Notes: generated from the sequence alone by a model not told the origin. A DNA stretch of 64,000 bases from Desulfobacterales bacterium (GCA_050116835.1 JASFNW010000003.1:6483-70482), one strand, 5' to 3'; counted from the stretch's first letter, positions 17,111-26,324 are shown. Numbers and translations: made by a program.

Positions 17111-17479
17111 ATGGCAAAGTTGACAATTGAAGATCTCAAAAAAATTAAGGAAAAAACCGCCAAGGAAACCTCACTGCGAGAGGGCCCCGCCAAAATAAAA
17201 GTGACCGTGCATATGGGAACCTGCGGCATTGCTGCCGGAGCCCGCAATGTTATGAGCGCCTTGATGGAAGAAATGGCGGAAACCGATCGTCAGGACATTC
17301 GCGTCGTAGCTGCCGGCTGCATGGGAATGTGCTCCAGCGAGCCCAATGTCACCATCGAAACGGAAGGCAGCGAACCCATCGTCTATCAGCTCATGGACGC
17401 CAACAAAATGCGACAGGTCTTCAGGCGTCATGTCCTGCTGGGCGAAGTTCAGACTGACTTTGCCTTAGCCAAAATGTAA
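17111..17479 (+). CDS. thioredoxin-like [2Fe-2S] ferredoxin
   Basis: 122 aa with the Cys pattern GTCGIAAGA ... AAGCMGMCSSEP. A CAGGAGG SD lies upstream. Confidence 0.8.
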   Translation: MAKLTIEDLKKIKEKTAKETSLREGPAKIKVTVHMGTCGIAAGARNVMSALMEEMAETDRQDIRVVAAGCMGMCSSEPNVTIETEGSEPIVYQLMDANKMRQVFRRHVLLGEVQTDFALAKM

Positions 17480-17715
17480 TCAAGCTGCTGTCCATTGTCC
17501 ATAGAGCGTTGTCCGTTGCTAAAAGGATTCAGGTGTTGGTGATATTTACCACTGGCTGCTGGATCCGTGTCAACGACAAATAACGGATGGGTGCTTCTGT
17601 TGATTCCCTGCTCACTGCCAGAAGCAAGAAACCAGCAGCAAAAAATGATGATGCCTGCTTGACTGCCGAAGCTTATCAAGCGAACGAGAGACATCTGAAA
17701 CCCACAAGATTGAAT

Positions 17716-18822
17716 ATGAAAGTAGATGGAAAAGATCTAAGGACAATCTGGCTAAGCGCCGATGGGAAATCGGTCAAAATCATAGACCAGCGTCGTCTGC
17801 CGCATGAATTGGTACTGATCGATTTAACTACCGTTGACGATGCGATCACGGCCATTAGAGACATGGCAGTTCGGGGTGCCCCCTTGATCGGCGCCACCGG
17901 CGCATACGGTGTTTATCTGGCAGCCTTGAACGCTCCCCGGCATCCAATTGACGACAGTTACTGGCTTGCCGAATGCGAACGTCTCAAATCCGCTCGGCCG
18001 ACGGCAGTCAATCTTACCTGGGCGGTAGACAGAATGCTCGCCGAGGTGCTGAAAGAAGATCAGCCGGACAAACGCCTTGCTGCCGCCAGAGATCAGGCTG
18101 CTTCAATTACCGAACAGGAAGTGGACCGGTGTAAAAAAATTGGCGAACACGGGCTGCCGCTGATCGAGGCGATCAGTCAGCGCAAGCAGGGTCGACCGGT
18201 TAATGTGCTGACGCACTGCAATGCCGGCTGGCTGGCCTGTATCGAGCACGGTACCGCCACCGCCCCGATCTATGCGGCATTTGAGCGGGGTATCGATTTG
18301 CACGTCTGGGTGGACGAAACCCGACCGCTCAATCAGGGAAATCGCCTGACCGCCTGGGAACTGGGGAAGCACGGTGTCAAACACACCATCATCACCGATA
18401 ATGCCGGCGGTTATATAATGCAACAGGGTAACGTGGATATCGTCATCGTCGGCACGGACCGCACAACAGCCACCGGCGATGTCGCCAATAAAATCGGCAC
18501 TTATTTAAAGGCGTTGGCCGCCAAAGACAATAACGTTCCGTTTTACGTGGCCCTGCCCTCCAGCACATTCGATTGGAATCTAAAAAACGGCATCAAAGAA
18601 ATCCCCATCGAAGAGCGGAATCCGGATGAAATTCGCTATATCGAGGGGCTGGCAAACAACAAAAAGGAACGCGTGCTCATTTGCCCGGCGGATAGTGCTG
18701 CCGCCAATTATGCATTTGATGTGACACCCTCACGGCTGATCACCGGCTTCATAACCGAACGCGGTATCTGCAAGGCAACGCCGAAGGATATAAAACGACT
18801 ATTCCCAGAGCGATATAGCTGA
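17716..18822 (+). CDS. mtnA: S-methyl-5-thioribose-1-phosphate isomerase (eIF-2B alpha/beta/delta family)
   Basis: Contains IDQRRLPHE, MAVRGAPLIG, THCNAG and GTDRTTATGDVANKIGTY motifs. ATG 17716 was chosen because the upstream part of the ORF is repeat-rich leader. Confidence 0.85.
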   Translation: MKVDGKDLRTIWLSADGKSVKIIDQRRLPHELVLIDLTTVDDAITAIRDMAVRGAPLIGATGAYGVYLAALNAPRHPIDDSYWLAECERLKSARPTAVNLTWAVDRMLAEVLKEDQPDKRLAAARDQAASITEQEVDRCKKIGEHGLPLIEAISQRKQGRPVNVLTHCNAGWLACIEHGTATAPIYAAFERGIDLHVWVDETRPLNQGNRLTAWELGKHGVKHTIITDNAGGYIMQQGNVDIVIVGTDRTTATGDVANKIGTYLKALAAKDNNVPFYVALPSSTFDWNLKNGIKEIPIEERNPDEIRYIEGLANNKKERVLICPADSAAANYAFDVTPSRLITGFITERGICKATPKDIKRLFPERYS

Positions 18823-18846
18823 ACACTTATTGAATGAAGACACCGC

Positions 18847-19329
18847 ATGCTGACAGAACTTGAAAAGAAAATAATAGCCTCAATCCAGGAAGATATGGCT
18901 GTTACCGAGCGGCCCTATTTGGCTATTGCTGAGGAACTGGGCATTACTGAAACAGACCTGCTCGAACGTCTAAAAGAGCTCAGCCGGCGCGGCGTCATCC
19001 GGCGCTTTGGGGCAACGCTGCGGCATCAACGCGCTGGATTCAGCGCCAATGCAATGGTGGCCTGGATCGTTGATAAGGACCGCATCGAAGAAGTCGGTCA
19101 GAAAATGGCATCCTTTGATCAGGTATCGCACTGTTACCAGCGCAATCCCGCCCCGGACTGGCCGTACAATCTGTATACTATGGTACACGCAGACAGCGAG
19201 CAAGCCTGCCATGAGACGGCGCGTAAAATGTCCAGAACCACTTCCGTGCAGGACTACACTCTGCTGTTCAGCCGCAAAGAATTAAAAAAAACATCGATGG
19301 TGTACTTCCCGTCCGATGAAGAAAGTTAA
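18847..19329 (+). CDS. Lrp/AsnC-type AhbA/AhbB (NirD/L/G/H)-like siroheme decarboxylase family protein
   Basis: 160 aa with an N-terminal wHTH, then RRFGATLRH...GF.ANAMVAW and a C-terminal KELKKTSMVYF motif characteristic of this family. Confidence 0.7.
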   Translation: MLTELEKKIIASIQEDMAVTERPYLAIAEELGITETDLLERLKELSRRGVIRRFGATLRHQRAGFSANAMVAWIVDKDRIEEVGQKMASFDQVSHCYQRNPAPDWPYNLYTMVHADSEQACHETARKMSRTTSVQDYTLLFSRKELKKTSMVYFPSDEES

Positions 19330-19434
19330 AGCATGTTTGTCGTCCGGTGTCAGTTGTCAGTCGCGTGCCTTTTCTGCCCATCAACGCTTCTATTCTATCA
19401 CTTGTCCGTTATTAGGAGCTGATTTAAATAAAGC

Positions 19435-20874
19435 GTGGATCGCAAAAGGAACGCCCCAATAGCTCGGCGGTTGAGATACTTTTTAAACGACGGACCCCTA
19501 ACAACCGACAACGGCAGATCCGTGAAACGAGACGTTCCCCATATTCTGCTGGTCAACCCCTGGATTCATGACTTCGCCGCGTATGATTTCTGGGCCAAGC
19601 CGCTGGGTTTGCTGACCCTTGCCGGATTGCTCAGAACCCATGGCATACAGGTATCCTATATTGATTGTCTCGACCGCTTTCACCCGAAAGCACCGACCAG
19701 CGACCCATCCGCCCGCTGGGGCCGGGGGCCCTATTTAAAATCTCCAATCGACAAACCGCGCGGCCTCGAGGACATTCAACGTCGTTTTTGCCGTTATGGT
19801 ATCAAACCCCGCTGGTTTGCCGAAGACCTGCAACAGTTACCGGCACCGGACCTGGTCCTGGTGACCTCATTAATGACCTACTGGTATCCCGGTGTTAAAG
19901 AAACCATTGCCGCTTTGCATGATGTTTTTCCGAAGACCGCCATTATTTTAGGCGGCATTTACGCCAGTCTATGTAAGGATCATGCCCGCAAATGCGCCGG
20001 CGCAGACGACATTGTCGTGGGACCGGCCGAAGAAGCCGTCTTTGACACGATCGCCCGGCACACGGGTTACAAGGTGACTGCCCGCTTTGACCTCCAAAAT
20101 CTCGATAGTTATCCCTACCCTGCCTACGATTTGCAGAACTGTATCAATTATGTGCCCCTGTTGACATCACGCGGCTGTCCGTTTAAGTGCACTTACTGCG
20201 CTTCGCATTTTCTCAGCCCAAATCGACTGCGGCGCAGTCCGGAGGCGGTGATCGAAGAGATCAAGTTCTGGCATCAGACCCATATCATCAGCGATTTTGT
20301 GCTGTATGATGATGCCTTTCTGGTCGACGCTGAAAGACATGCATTGCCGCTTATGGAAAAAATCATTCAGGCCGACCTGGGCCTGCGGTTTCACACGCCC
20401 AATGCCGTTCACATTCGCGGCCTTAACGCTGAGACGGCGCGGCTGATGTACAGCGCAGGGTTTACAACCCTGCGCTTAGGCCTGGAAACGGCTGAGTTCG
20501 ACGCACGCGGCGACATGGACCACAAGGTGACGCATGCCGACTTCAAAAAAGCTGCCAGAAACCTGAAAGCAGCCGGTTTTACAAAAGACCAGGTAGGCGC
20601 CTATTTACTGATGGGGTTGCCGGGCCAGAATCTGGCCGCCGTCGAGCGCTCGATACGAGCTGTTCAGAAAGCTGGCATAACGCCGATCCTGGCCTACTAC
20701 TCGCCGATTCCGCACACCGCCTTGTGGCCGACTGCCGTAAGCGCATCCCGCTACGATCTGGCGGCCGACCCGATTTTTGCCAATAACTCAATATTTCCCT
20801 GCCAGTCTGAAACATTTGACTGGGAAACGATCAGCGCTTTAAAAGAACTTGCTTCGGGTCCGAACACACAATAA
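19435..20874 (+). CDS. B12-binding-domain (class B) radical SAM protein
   Basis: Has a Rossmann-like N-domain (ILLVNPWIHDFAAYDFW) followed by the CPFKCTYC (CX3CX2C) motif. The start is uncertain: it may be GTG 19435 or GTG 19522. Confidence 0.75.
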   Translation: MDRKRNAPIARRLRYFLNDGPLTTDNGRSVKRDVPHILLVNPWIHDFAAYDFWAKPLGLLTLAGLLRTHGIQVSYIDCLDRFHPKAPTSDPSARWGRGPYLKSPIDKPRGLEDIQRRFCRYGIKPRWFAEDLQQLPAPDLVLVTSLMTYWYPGVKETIAALHDVFPKTAIILGGIYASLCKDHARKCAGADDIVVGPAEEAVFDTIARHTGYKVTARFDLQNLDSYPYPAYDLQNCINYVPLLTSRGCPFKCTYCASHFLSPNRLRRSPEAVIEEIKFWHQTHIISDFVLYDDAFLVDAERHALPLMEKIIQADLGLRFHTPNAVHIRGLNAETARLMYSAGFTTLRLGLETAEFDARGDMDHKVTHADFKKAARNLKAAGFTKDQVGAYLLMGLPGQNLAAVERSIRAVQKAGITPILAYYSPIPHTALWPTAVSASRYDLAADPIFANNSIFPCQSETFDWETISALKELASGPNTQ

Positions 20875-20939
20875 AGTCTTTATGTCCTGGCGTGCTTCGT
20901 GGTAAATGGTTCTTTTCAAACCAAACGGAGAGATGAAAA

Positions 20940-22409
20940 ATGATTGGTCTAAAAGCCGTAGATCTGAAAAAGCAAAAAATCGAGACACTTGTCGTGCCCG
21001 TGTGCGCGGACAAAAGAATCCATGATGATCGTGCAATTAACGCTATTATCCAAAAGGCCTTAAAACTGAAAGAATTTGAGGCCGATAAAGACGAGCGGGT
21101 CACGCTTTATGATGTGAAGGGTCTTGCCGCCGAGCGCGTTATCTGTGTGGGCCTGGGCGAAATGAAAAAAATCGATCTCGATGGCTTACGCTCATTTTGC
21201 GGTTCAGCCGTCAATATGGGTATTCAATCCGGTTTCGAGACCATCTGGGTCGCTGTACCGGAGTCCAAAAGCATTAAAATGAAACCGCCGGATGCGGTCG
21301 AAGCCATGATGGAAGGCGCCTGTCTGGGAAATCATATATTTGACAAATACAAAAAGGAAAAGAAAAAGAAACCGCTGAAACAAATCAATTTTTGGATCAA
21401 GCCGCCGGCCCCGGGCAAACTGAGACGCATCGCGCCCAGAGTCCGCAAGGTATGTGACGGCACGATCCTGGCACGCGAGTGGATTAGCACACCATCGAAC
21501 GACAAAACGCCGGAACGGCTCACCCGGGAAATCGTCTCACAGGCCCGCAAATACGGCCTAAAAACCCGCGTGTTGCGTGAAAAAGAGCTAAAACAACTTA
21601 AATTTGGCGCTCTTTTGGCGGTTGCAGCCGGCAGCCGCAGCAAACCCAGCCTGGTGATCTTGGAGCACAAGCCGCCCGACGCAAAAAAATCGCTGGCGCT
21701 GGTCGGCAAAGGGGTCACATTTGATTCCGGAGGTTTGAATATTAAAACCGGCAACAGCATGGCCGGCATGAAAGCCGATATGTCGGGAGCCGCGGTGGTG
21801 GCTGCCACCATCGTCACCCAGGCCCGGCTGAAAAGCAAAACACACGTCGTCGGCGCCATCCCCATTGTGGAGAATATGCCCTCGGGCGAGGCTACCCGGC
21901 CCGGCGACATCGTGCGCAGCCATGCCGGCAAAACCATTGAGATCGGCAACACGGATGCCGAAGGCCGCCTGATTTTAATTGACGCCATGTCGTATGTCGT
22001 CAAAAAACACAAACCGAAGATGATGATCGATCTGGCGACCCTGACCGGCGCCTGTGTAGTGGCCCTGGGCGAAAAAATCGCCGGGGTTTTTACATCAGAT
22101 GATCGACTGTCAAATGCCATTCAGGCAGCCGGAGAGAAAACCCATGAACGTTGCTGGCCGATGCCGCTGCCCGAAGATTATAAAGAGCTTCTTAAAAGCG
22201 ATTTTGCTGATATCAACAATATGTCCAGCTCACGCTGGGGAGGAGCGATTACGGCCGCTTTATTTTTATCAGAATTTAGCGGCGACACCCGTTGGGCCCA
22301 TATCGATATTGCCGGCCCGGCTTATAACAAAAAGGGCAATGCCTATTGCGGCCCAGGCGGTACCGGATTTGGGGTGCGGTTGTTGTGCGACCTGATCCAA
22401 CAGTTATAA
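20940..22409 (+). CDS. pepA: leucyl aminopeptidase (M17)
   Basis: 489 aa with VGKGVTFDSGG and NTDAEGRL motifs. Confidence 0.92.
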   Translation: MIGLKAVDLKKQKIETLVVPVCADKRIHDDRAINAIIQKALKLKEFEADKDERVTLYDVKGLAAERVICVGLGEMKKIDLDGLRSFCGSAVNMGIQSGFETIWVAVPESKSIKMKPPDAVEAMMEGACLGNHIFDKYKKEKKKKPLKQINFWIKPPAPGKLRRIAPRVRKVCDGTILAREWISTPSNDKTPERLTREIVSQARKYGLKTRVLREKELKQLKFGALLAVAAGSRSKPSLVILEHKPPDAKKSLALVGKGVTFDSGGLNIKTGNSMAGMKADMSGAAVVAATIVTQARLKSKTHVVGAIPIVENMPSGEATRPGDIVRSHAGKTIEIGNTDAEGRLILIDAMSYVVKKHKPKMMIDLATLTGACVVALGEKIAGVFTSDDRLSNAIQAAGEKTHERCWPMPLPEDYKELLKSDFADINNMSSSRWGGAITAALFLSEFSGDTRWAHIDIAGPAYNKKGNAYCGPGGTGFGVRLLCDLIQQL

Positions 22410-22428
22410 ATCGTGAAAGGACACTGAC

Positions 22429-23559
22429 TTGATTGAATATGCCGAGGTAATGCGTAGCGGCGATAAAAGCGGCAATGAAATGGTGGTGCGCTTCCGGCTG
22501 CCTTCCGGTCTCGAAATTTTCGGGCTACCGACTAAAAATTTTTACGGCGGCCACTGGGATCTGGGGCCAACCTGGAATTATGCTGTCATGACCGCTAGCC
22601 CTTTTCTGGTGGATGCCGGTCGTTTCGGCCAAGGTAAACGGCTGGTGGCAATGATGGGAGAGATCGGCATAACGGCCGCCGACCTTGATTTTGTTCTCAT
22701 CAGCCACAGCCATGAAGATCACGACGGCGGGCTGGCCGAGTTAATCGATGCCACCCGACTCAAAGTCAAAGCCCACGCCATTTATGATCACCTGATCCGG
22801 CAATATCCGTCGCAGTCTCCGGAATCAAAAAAGAAAAAATTTCCGGCCAAATGCTGGCATTGCCCGATGCCGGAGTCATTCTATACCGAAAATTGTCTCG
22901 GATACCATGCGGTATTACAGGGATTAAAAGTTGAGCCGATCGGCGATGGCGAAACTGAAATCGAGCCGGACGTACGCACCTATCACCTGCCGGGGCATAG
23001 TCCGGATTGTCTGGCCGTCCTGCTGGATGAGGAAGCCATCATCGTGGGTGACATCATTCTGCCGGATATCTCGCCATGGCCGACGCGTAAAGCTTTGTTT
23101 GACGAAATCGCAGCGGTGGTCAGGCCCGACTACACGGATGCAGCGGCCATCTTTGGTTTGCGCCGCTACATCCAGTCTCTCAAAAAATTAATCCAAATTG
23201 CCCGCGAGCATCCGCAAATGATCGTGCTTCCCGCTCATCGGTTTTATTACAATGGCCGCTGGAACCCTGTCGATCTTGAAAGCAGAGCTAAGGAACTGCT
23301 GGCCCACCACATTGAACGCTGCGGGGCGATCATCGAAATTTTTAAGAGCGGACCCAAAACCGCTGAAGAAATTGCCGCCGTGCATTTTGAAGAAAGATTG
23401 CTCGAGGGCTTCGGCAGCATCATGGCCGCCAATGAAATTGTCAGTCACTGCGAATTGTTGATCGAAAGCGGTGACGTAACAATGGTGAATGGCAATGCCT
23501 ACACAGCCACCGGCAGTCTGCAATTTGAAACCTACATCAAAAACTTAGGCACAGAGTAA
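22429..23559 (+). CDS. MBL-fold metallo-hydrolase
   Basis: Contains the HSHEDHDGG motif. The start is TTG 22429, with ATG 22450 as an alternative. Confidence 0.75.
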   Translation: MIEYAEVMRSGDKSGNEMVVRFRLPSGLEIFGLPTKNFYGGHWDLGPTWNYAVMTASPFLVDAGRFGQGKRLVAMMGEIGITAADLDFVLISHSHEDHDGGLAELIDATRLKVKAHAIYDHLIRQYPSQSPESKKKKFPAKCWHCPMPESFYTENCLGYHAVLQGLKVEPIGDGETEIEPDVRTYHLPGHSPDCLAVLLDEEAIIVGDIILPDISPWPTRKALFDEIAAVVRPDYTDAAAIFGLRRYIQSLKKLIQIAREHPQMIVLPAHRFYYNGRWNPVDLESRAKELLAHHIERCGAIIEIFKSGPKTAEEIAAVHFEERLLEGFGSIMAANEIVSHCELLIESGDVTMVNGNAYTATGSLQFETYIKNLGTE

Positions 23560-23567
23560 CGATTCCC

Positions 23568-24437
23568 ATGAACAAAACAACAAATCCGGCAATCTGGATA
23601 AAGCAGGCTATTGAAGATTATATTGAGCATTCGCCGCAGAATACACTTCTAAACAAAGAAAATGACCGGGCCTTTGATACGCCTCTGGTTGGCTTTTCAA
23701 AAGGGGATGACCCCATTTGGGAAACATACAAAGAAGTTGTCGGTCCCTTCCACTGGACCCCTCTGGAGATATTCAACAAAACCTTTCACGGGCTTTCCGC
23801 GAAATCTGAAGATTTGACGGTTATCAGCTGGATTCTGCCTCAAACGCGGCAAACCCGGGCCGACAACCGTAAACAGACGGCCTATCCCGCAGAACGCTGG
23901 GCCCGGGCCCGCATCTTCGGTGAAGAGGTAAACGTGAAGCTTCGAAAACACGTGGTGGCAATTCTGCAAAAGCGCGGCTGCGCGGCCATGGCCCCGATGC
24001 TTTCCGACCTGTGGAAAATGGAAAAATCGGCCCCATATGTGATTGCATCAACCTGGTCCGAACGCCATGCGGCTTATGCTGCGGGGCTGGGAACTTTCGG
24101 CCTCTGCGATGGACTCATTACCCCGAGGGGCAAGGCCATGCGCACCGGGTCCGTCATCGCTCGAATCCAAATCGCACCGACAAAAAGGCCCTATAGCGAT
24201 CACCATGCCTATTGCCTCTATTACACCGACGGGATTTGCGGCAAGTGTATCGCCCGCTGCCCGGTCGAAGCGCTCAGCGCAGCCGGCCATGACAAGATCA
24301 AATGCCGTGATTATCTTAGACCGACTACACAGGATTATGTCAAATCCCATTACGGCTTCGACGGATACGGTTGCGGGTTATGCCAGACAAAGGTGCCCTG
24401 CGAATCAAAGATACCCACGAGAAAGGATGTTGAATAA
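23568..24437 (+). CDS. QueG/RdhA-like 4Fe-4S double-cluster protein
   Basis: 289 aa with C-terminal motifs CGKCIARCP and CGLCQTKVPC. Confidence 0.65.
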   Translation: MNKTTNPAIWIKQAIEDYIEHSPQNTLLNKENDRAFDTPLVGFSKGDDPIWETYKEVVGPFHWTPLEIFNKTFHGLSAKSEDLTVISWILPQTRQTRADNRKQTAYPAERWARARIFGEEVNVKLRKHVVAILQKRGCAAMAPMLSDLWKMEKSAPYVIASTWSERHAAYAAGLGTFGLCDGLITPRGKAMRTGSVIARIQIAPTKRPYSDHHAYCLYYTDGICGKCIARCPVEALSAAGHDKIKCRDYLRPTTQDYVKSHYGFDGYGCGLCQTKVPCESKIPTRKDVE

Positions 24438-24477
24438 AAATTTTGCCTGAACAACCTTCAAGCAGATAGGAGCAAAA

Positions 24478-24570
24478 TTGAACACTGTTAAACTTAGCGG
24501 AACAGACCTGGAGATTTCTGAAATCGGCTTCGGGGGCATACCGATCATTCCCCGGTACAAAAACGAATAG
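24478..24570 (+). pseudogene. 5' remnant of an aldo/keto reductase gene
   Basis: The 30 codons LNTVKLSGTDLEISEIGFGGIPIIP... match the canonical AKR N-terminus (KLG.TGLEVS.IGFGG) and then end at a TAG. No continuation was found in any frame. Confidence 0.55.
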
Positions 24571-24653
24571 GATATGGGTTTTACATTTCAGCAAAGCCGG
24601 ATTTTCCAATCCGGCGGGGCTTCGCGCCGGCTTCAGGCCAAAAGGAGATCCCC

Positions 24654-24857
24654 ATGGAAATGAAAAAAGTGCTGGCCGGGTGGAACAGGATCTGTCCCGG
24701 CTGCAACATCGGACGTAAATATCCGGACTCAATTATCGGCAAAAAAGTCAGAAAACACTGGAAGAAAGGCTGCATGGCCCATGACGCTTATGTCGAGGTA
24801 TACGGCAGTGATGAGCCTTGCCCGCCGTCCATCCGTAAAAAATCCAAAGACAAGTAA
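24654..24857 (+). CDS. small Cys-rich hypothetical protein (67 aa)
   Basis: An AAGGAGA SD lies 6 nt upstream of the ATG. The protein is basic with CPGC...C...C residues. No family was recognised. Confidence 0.45.
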   Translation: MEMKKVLAGWNRICPGCNIGRKYPDSIIGKKVRKHWKKGCMAHDAYVEVYGSDEPCPPSIRKKSKDK

Positions 24858-24950
24858 CAATATACCCGGTGCCCGGAATCGTTCGGGAGGGAACTTTTCG
24901 CCCCGCATAGTATTGCGCCCAACTGTAATCGTCATTGCGATGATCTTCAT

Positions 24951-26258
24951 TCATACCCCGTCTGACAATCTGACCTTAACTGATCTTGCGTGCGCCCCCA
25001 GCCCCTCAATTTCGGCCAGACGCACGATATCGGCGGCCTCGCGTCGAAAGGCGTTTCGGGTGTACTGGATAACGCTGGTCTTTTTGATGAAATTATCCAC
25101 GGACAGCGCAGATGCAAACCGGGCCGTGCCAGCGGTGGGCAGAACGTGATTGGGCCCGGCCATGTAGTCGCCCACCGGTTCGGGAGTATAGTCTCCCACA
25201 AATACGGCTCCCGCATGGCGGATTTGGCCCACCACCTCGAACGGATCCCGTAGTTGCAGCTCGAGGTGCTCCGGAGCGATGCGGTTGGCCATGGCGATGG
25301 CATCGGTCATGGTCTTGACCACAAAAATCGCGCCGAACTTTTGCAGCGATTCTTTGGCGATGTCCATGCGCGCCAAGTCCGGGAGCTGTTCCGTGATTTG
25401 TTGGGCAACGGCTTTGGCCTGTTTAACCGAATCCGTGATCAATAGGGCTGAAGCCAGGGTATCGTGCTCGGCCTGAGAAAGCAGGTCTGCCGCGATAAAA
25501 TCCGGCCGGGCACCGTCATCAGCGATGACCAGGATTTCGCTGGGGCCGGCAATCGAATCGATCCCCACGGTCCCCATTAGTAATTTCTTGGCCAGAGTAA
25601 CGTAAATGTTGCCGGGCCCCACAATCACATCGACGTTGGGAATCGTTTCGGTGCCGTATGTCAGAGCGGCAACGGCCCAGGCACTGCCGGCTTTGTAAAC
25701 CGCATCGGCCCCGGCCTTTTTGGCCGCCACCAGCAGGTGGGGGCTCACCGCTCCGGTTCTGGTCGGCGGTGTCACCATCACAATCTGTTTGACACCCGCA
25801 ACCTTGGCCGGAATTACGCCCATCAGCACCGACGACACCAGCGGTGTCTGCCCTCCCCTGGCGCCGGGCACATAAACCCCGGCGGCATCGACCGGATGAA
25901 CGAGCTGACCCAGCAGGGTGCCGGGCCGTTCGGTCTGCATCCAGGACCGGCGACGCTGAAGTTCGTGGAATGCTTTGATATTGGCGGCCGCACGGTTCAG
26001 GGCCCGGGTGAAAGTTCGATCCACCTTTTGGGCTGCCTCTGAAAATTCTTTTTCAGTCACCCGCAACGTTCGGGAGGTCACGCGTTTTGAGTCAAACTGG
26101 TGGGTATAGGAAAGGACGGCTCGATCCCCCCGTTTGCGGACGTCTTCACAGATCCGATTGACTGCTGCCATATCCTTTTTGAGAAAAACAAGACCGCGAT
26201 CAACAATACGGGCAACACGTTGCTCGGCTGAGCGTGACGGATAATGATAAATTTTCAT
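24951..26258 (-). CDS. hisD: histidinol dehydrogenase
   Basis: 435 aa with the SQAEHD motif and overall HisD colinearity. Confidence 0.92.
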   Translation of the reverse strand: MKIYHYPSRSAEQRVARIVDRGLVFLKKDMAAVNRICEDVRKRGDRAVLSYTHQFDSKRVTSRTLRVTEKEFSEAAQKVDRTFTRALNRAAANIKAFHELQRRRSWMQTERPGTLLGQLVHPVDAAGVYVPGARGGQTPLVSSVLMGVIPAKVAGVKQIVMVTPPTRTGAVSPHLLVAAKKAGADAVYKAGSAWAVAALTYGTETIPNVDVIVGPGNIYVTLAKKLLMGTVGIDSIAGPSEILVIADDGARPDFIAADLLSQAEHDTLASALLITDSVKQAKAVAQQITEQLPDLARMDIAKESLQKFGAIFVVKTMTDAIAMANRIAPEHLELQLRDPFEVVGQIRHAGAVFVGDYTPEPVGDYMAGPNHVLPTAGTARFASALSVDNFIKKTSVIQYTRNAFRREAADIVRLAEIEGLGAHARSVKVRLSDGV

Positions 26259-26324
26259 GAGCTGAATCCTTCCTTAATAGAGCCTATTTCAATCTGCCTG
26301 GAGTGGGCTAATCTTTTCCGTATA

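Noticed and set aside
17640-17715. SAM (S-box) riboswitch upstream of mtnA, suggested by GCTTATCAAGCGA.
   Set aside because: Only the CTTATCAAG-like string is present. The remaining conserved S-box helices and the GGTGCTAATTCC-type core could not be found.
21332-22120. 262-aa antisense ORF inside pepA, and similar long antisense ORFs: 27114..28100 in aor, 31993..32601 in the fadB-like gene, 46267..46842 in the ABC ATPase gene, 37249..37707 in the lyase gene and 9047..9595 in mtaD.
   Set aside because: These are shadow ORFs opposite strongly supported genes. Their translations are low-complexity and Arg/Ser/Pro/Ala-rich, with no motifs and no SD.
24340-24732. 130-aa minus-strand ORF spanning the AKR remnant and the small Cys-rich ORF.
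   Set aside because: It has no SD, its translation is a Ser/Arg/Pro-rich shadow, and it overlaps better-supported + strand features.
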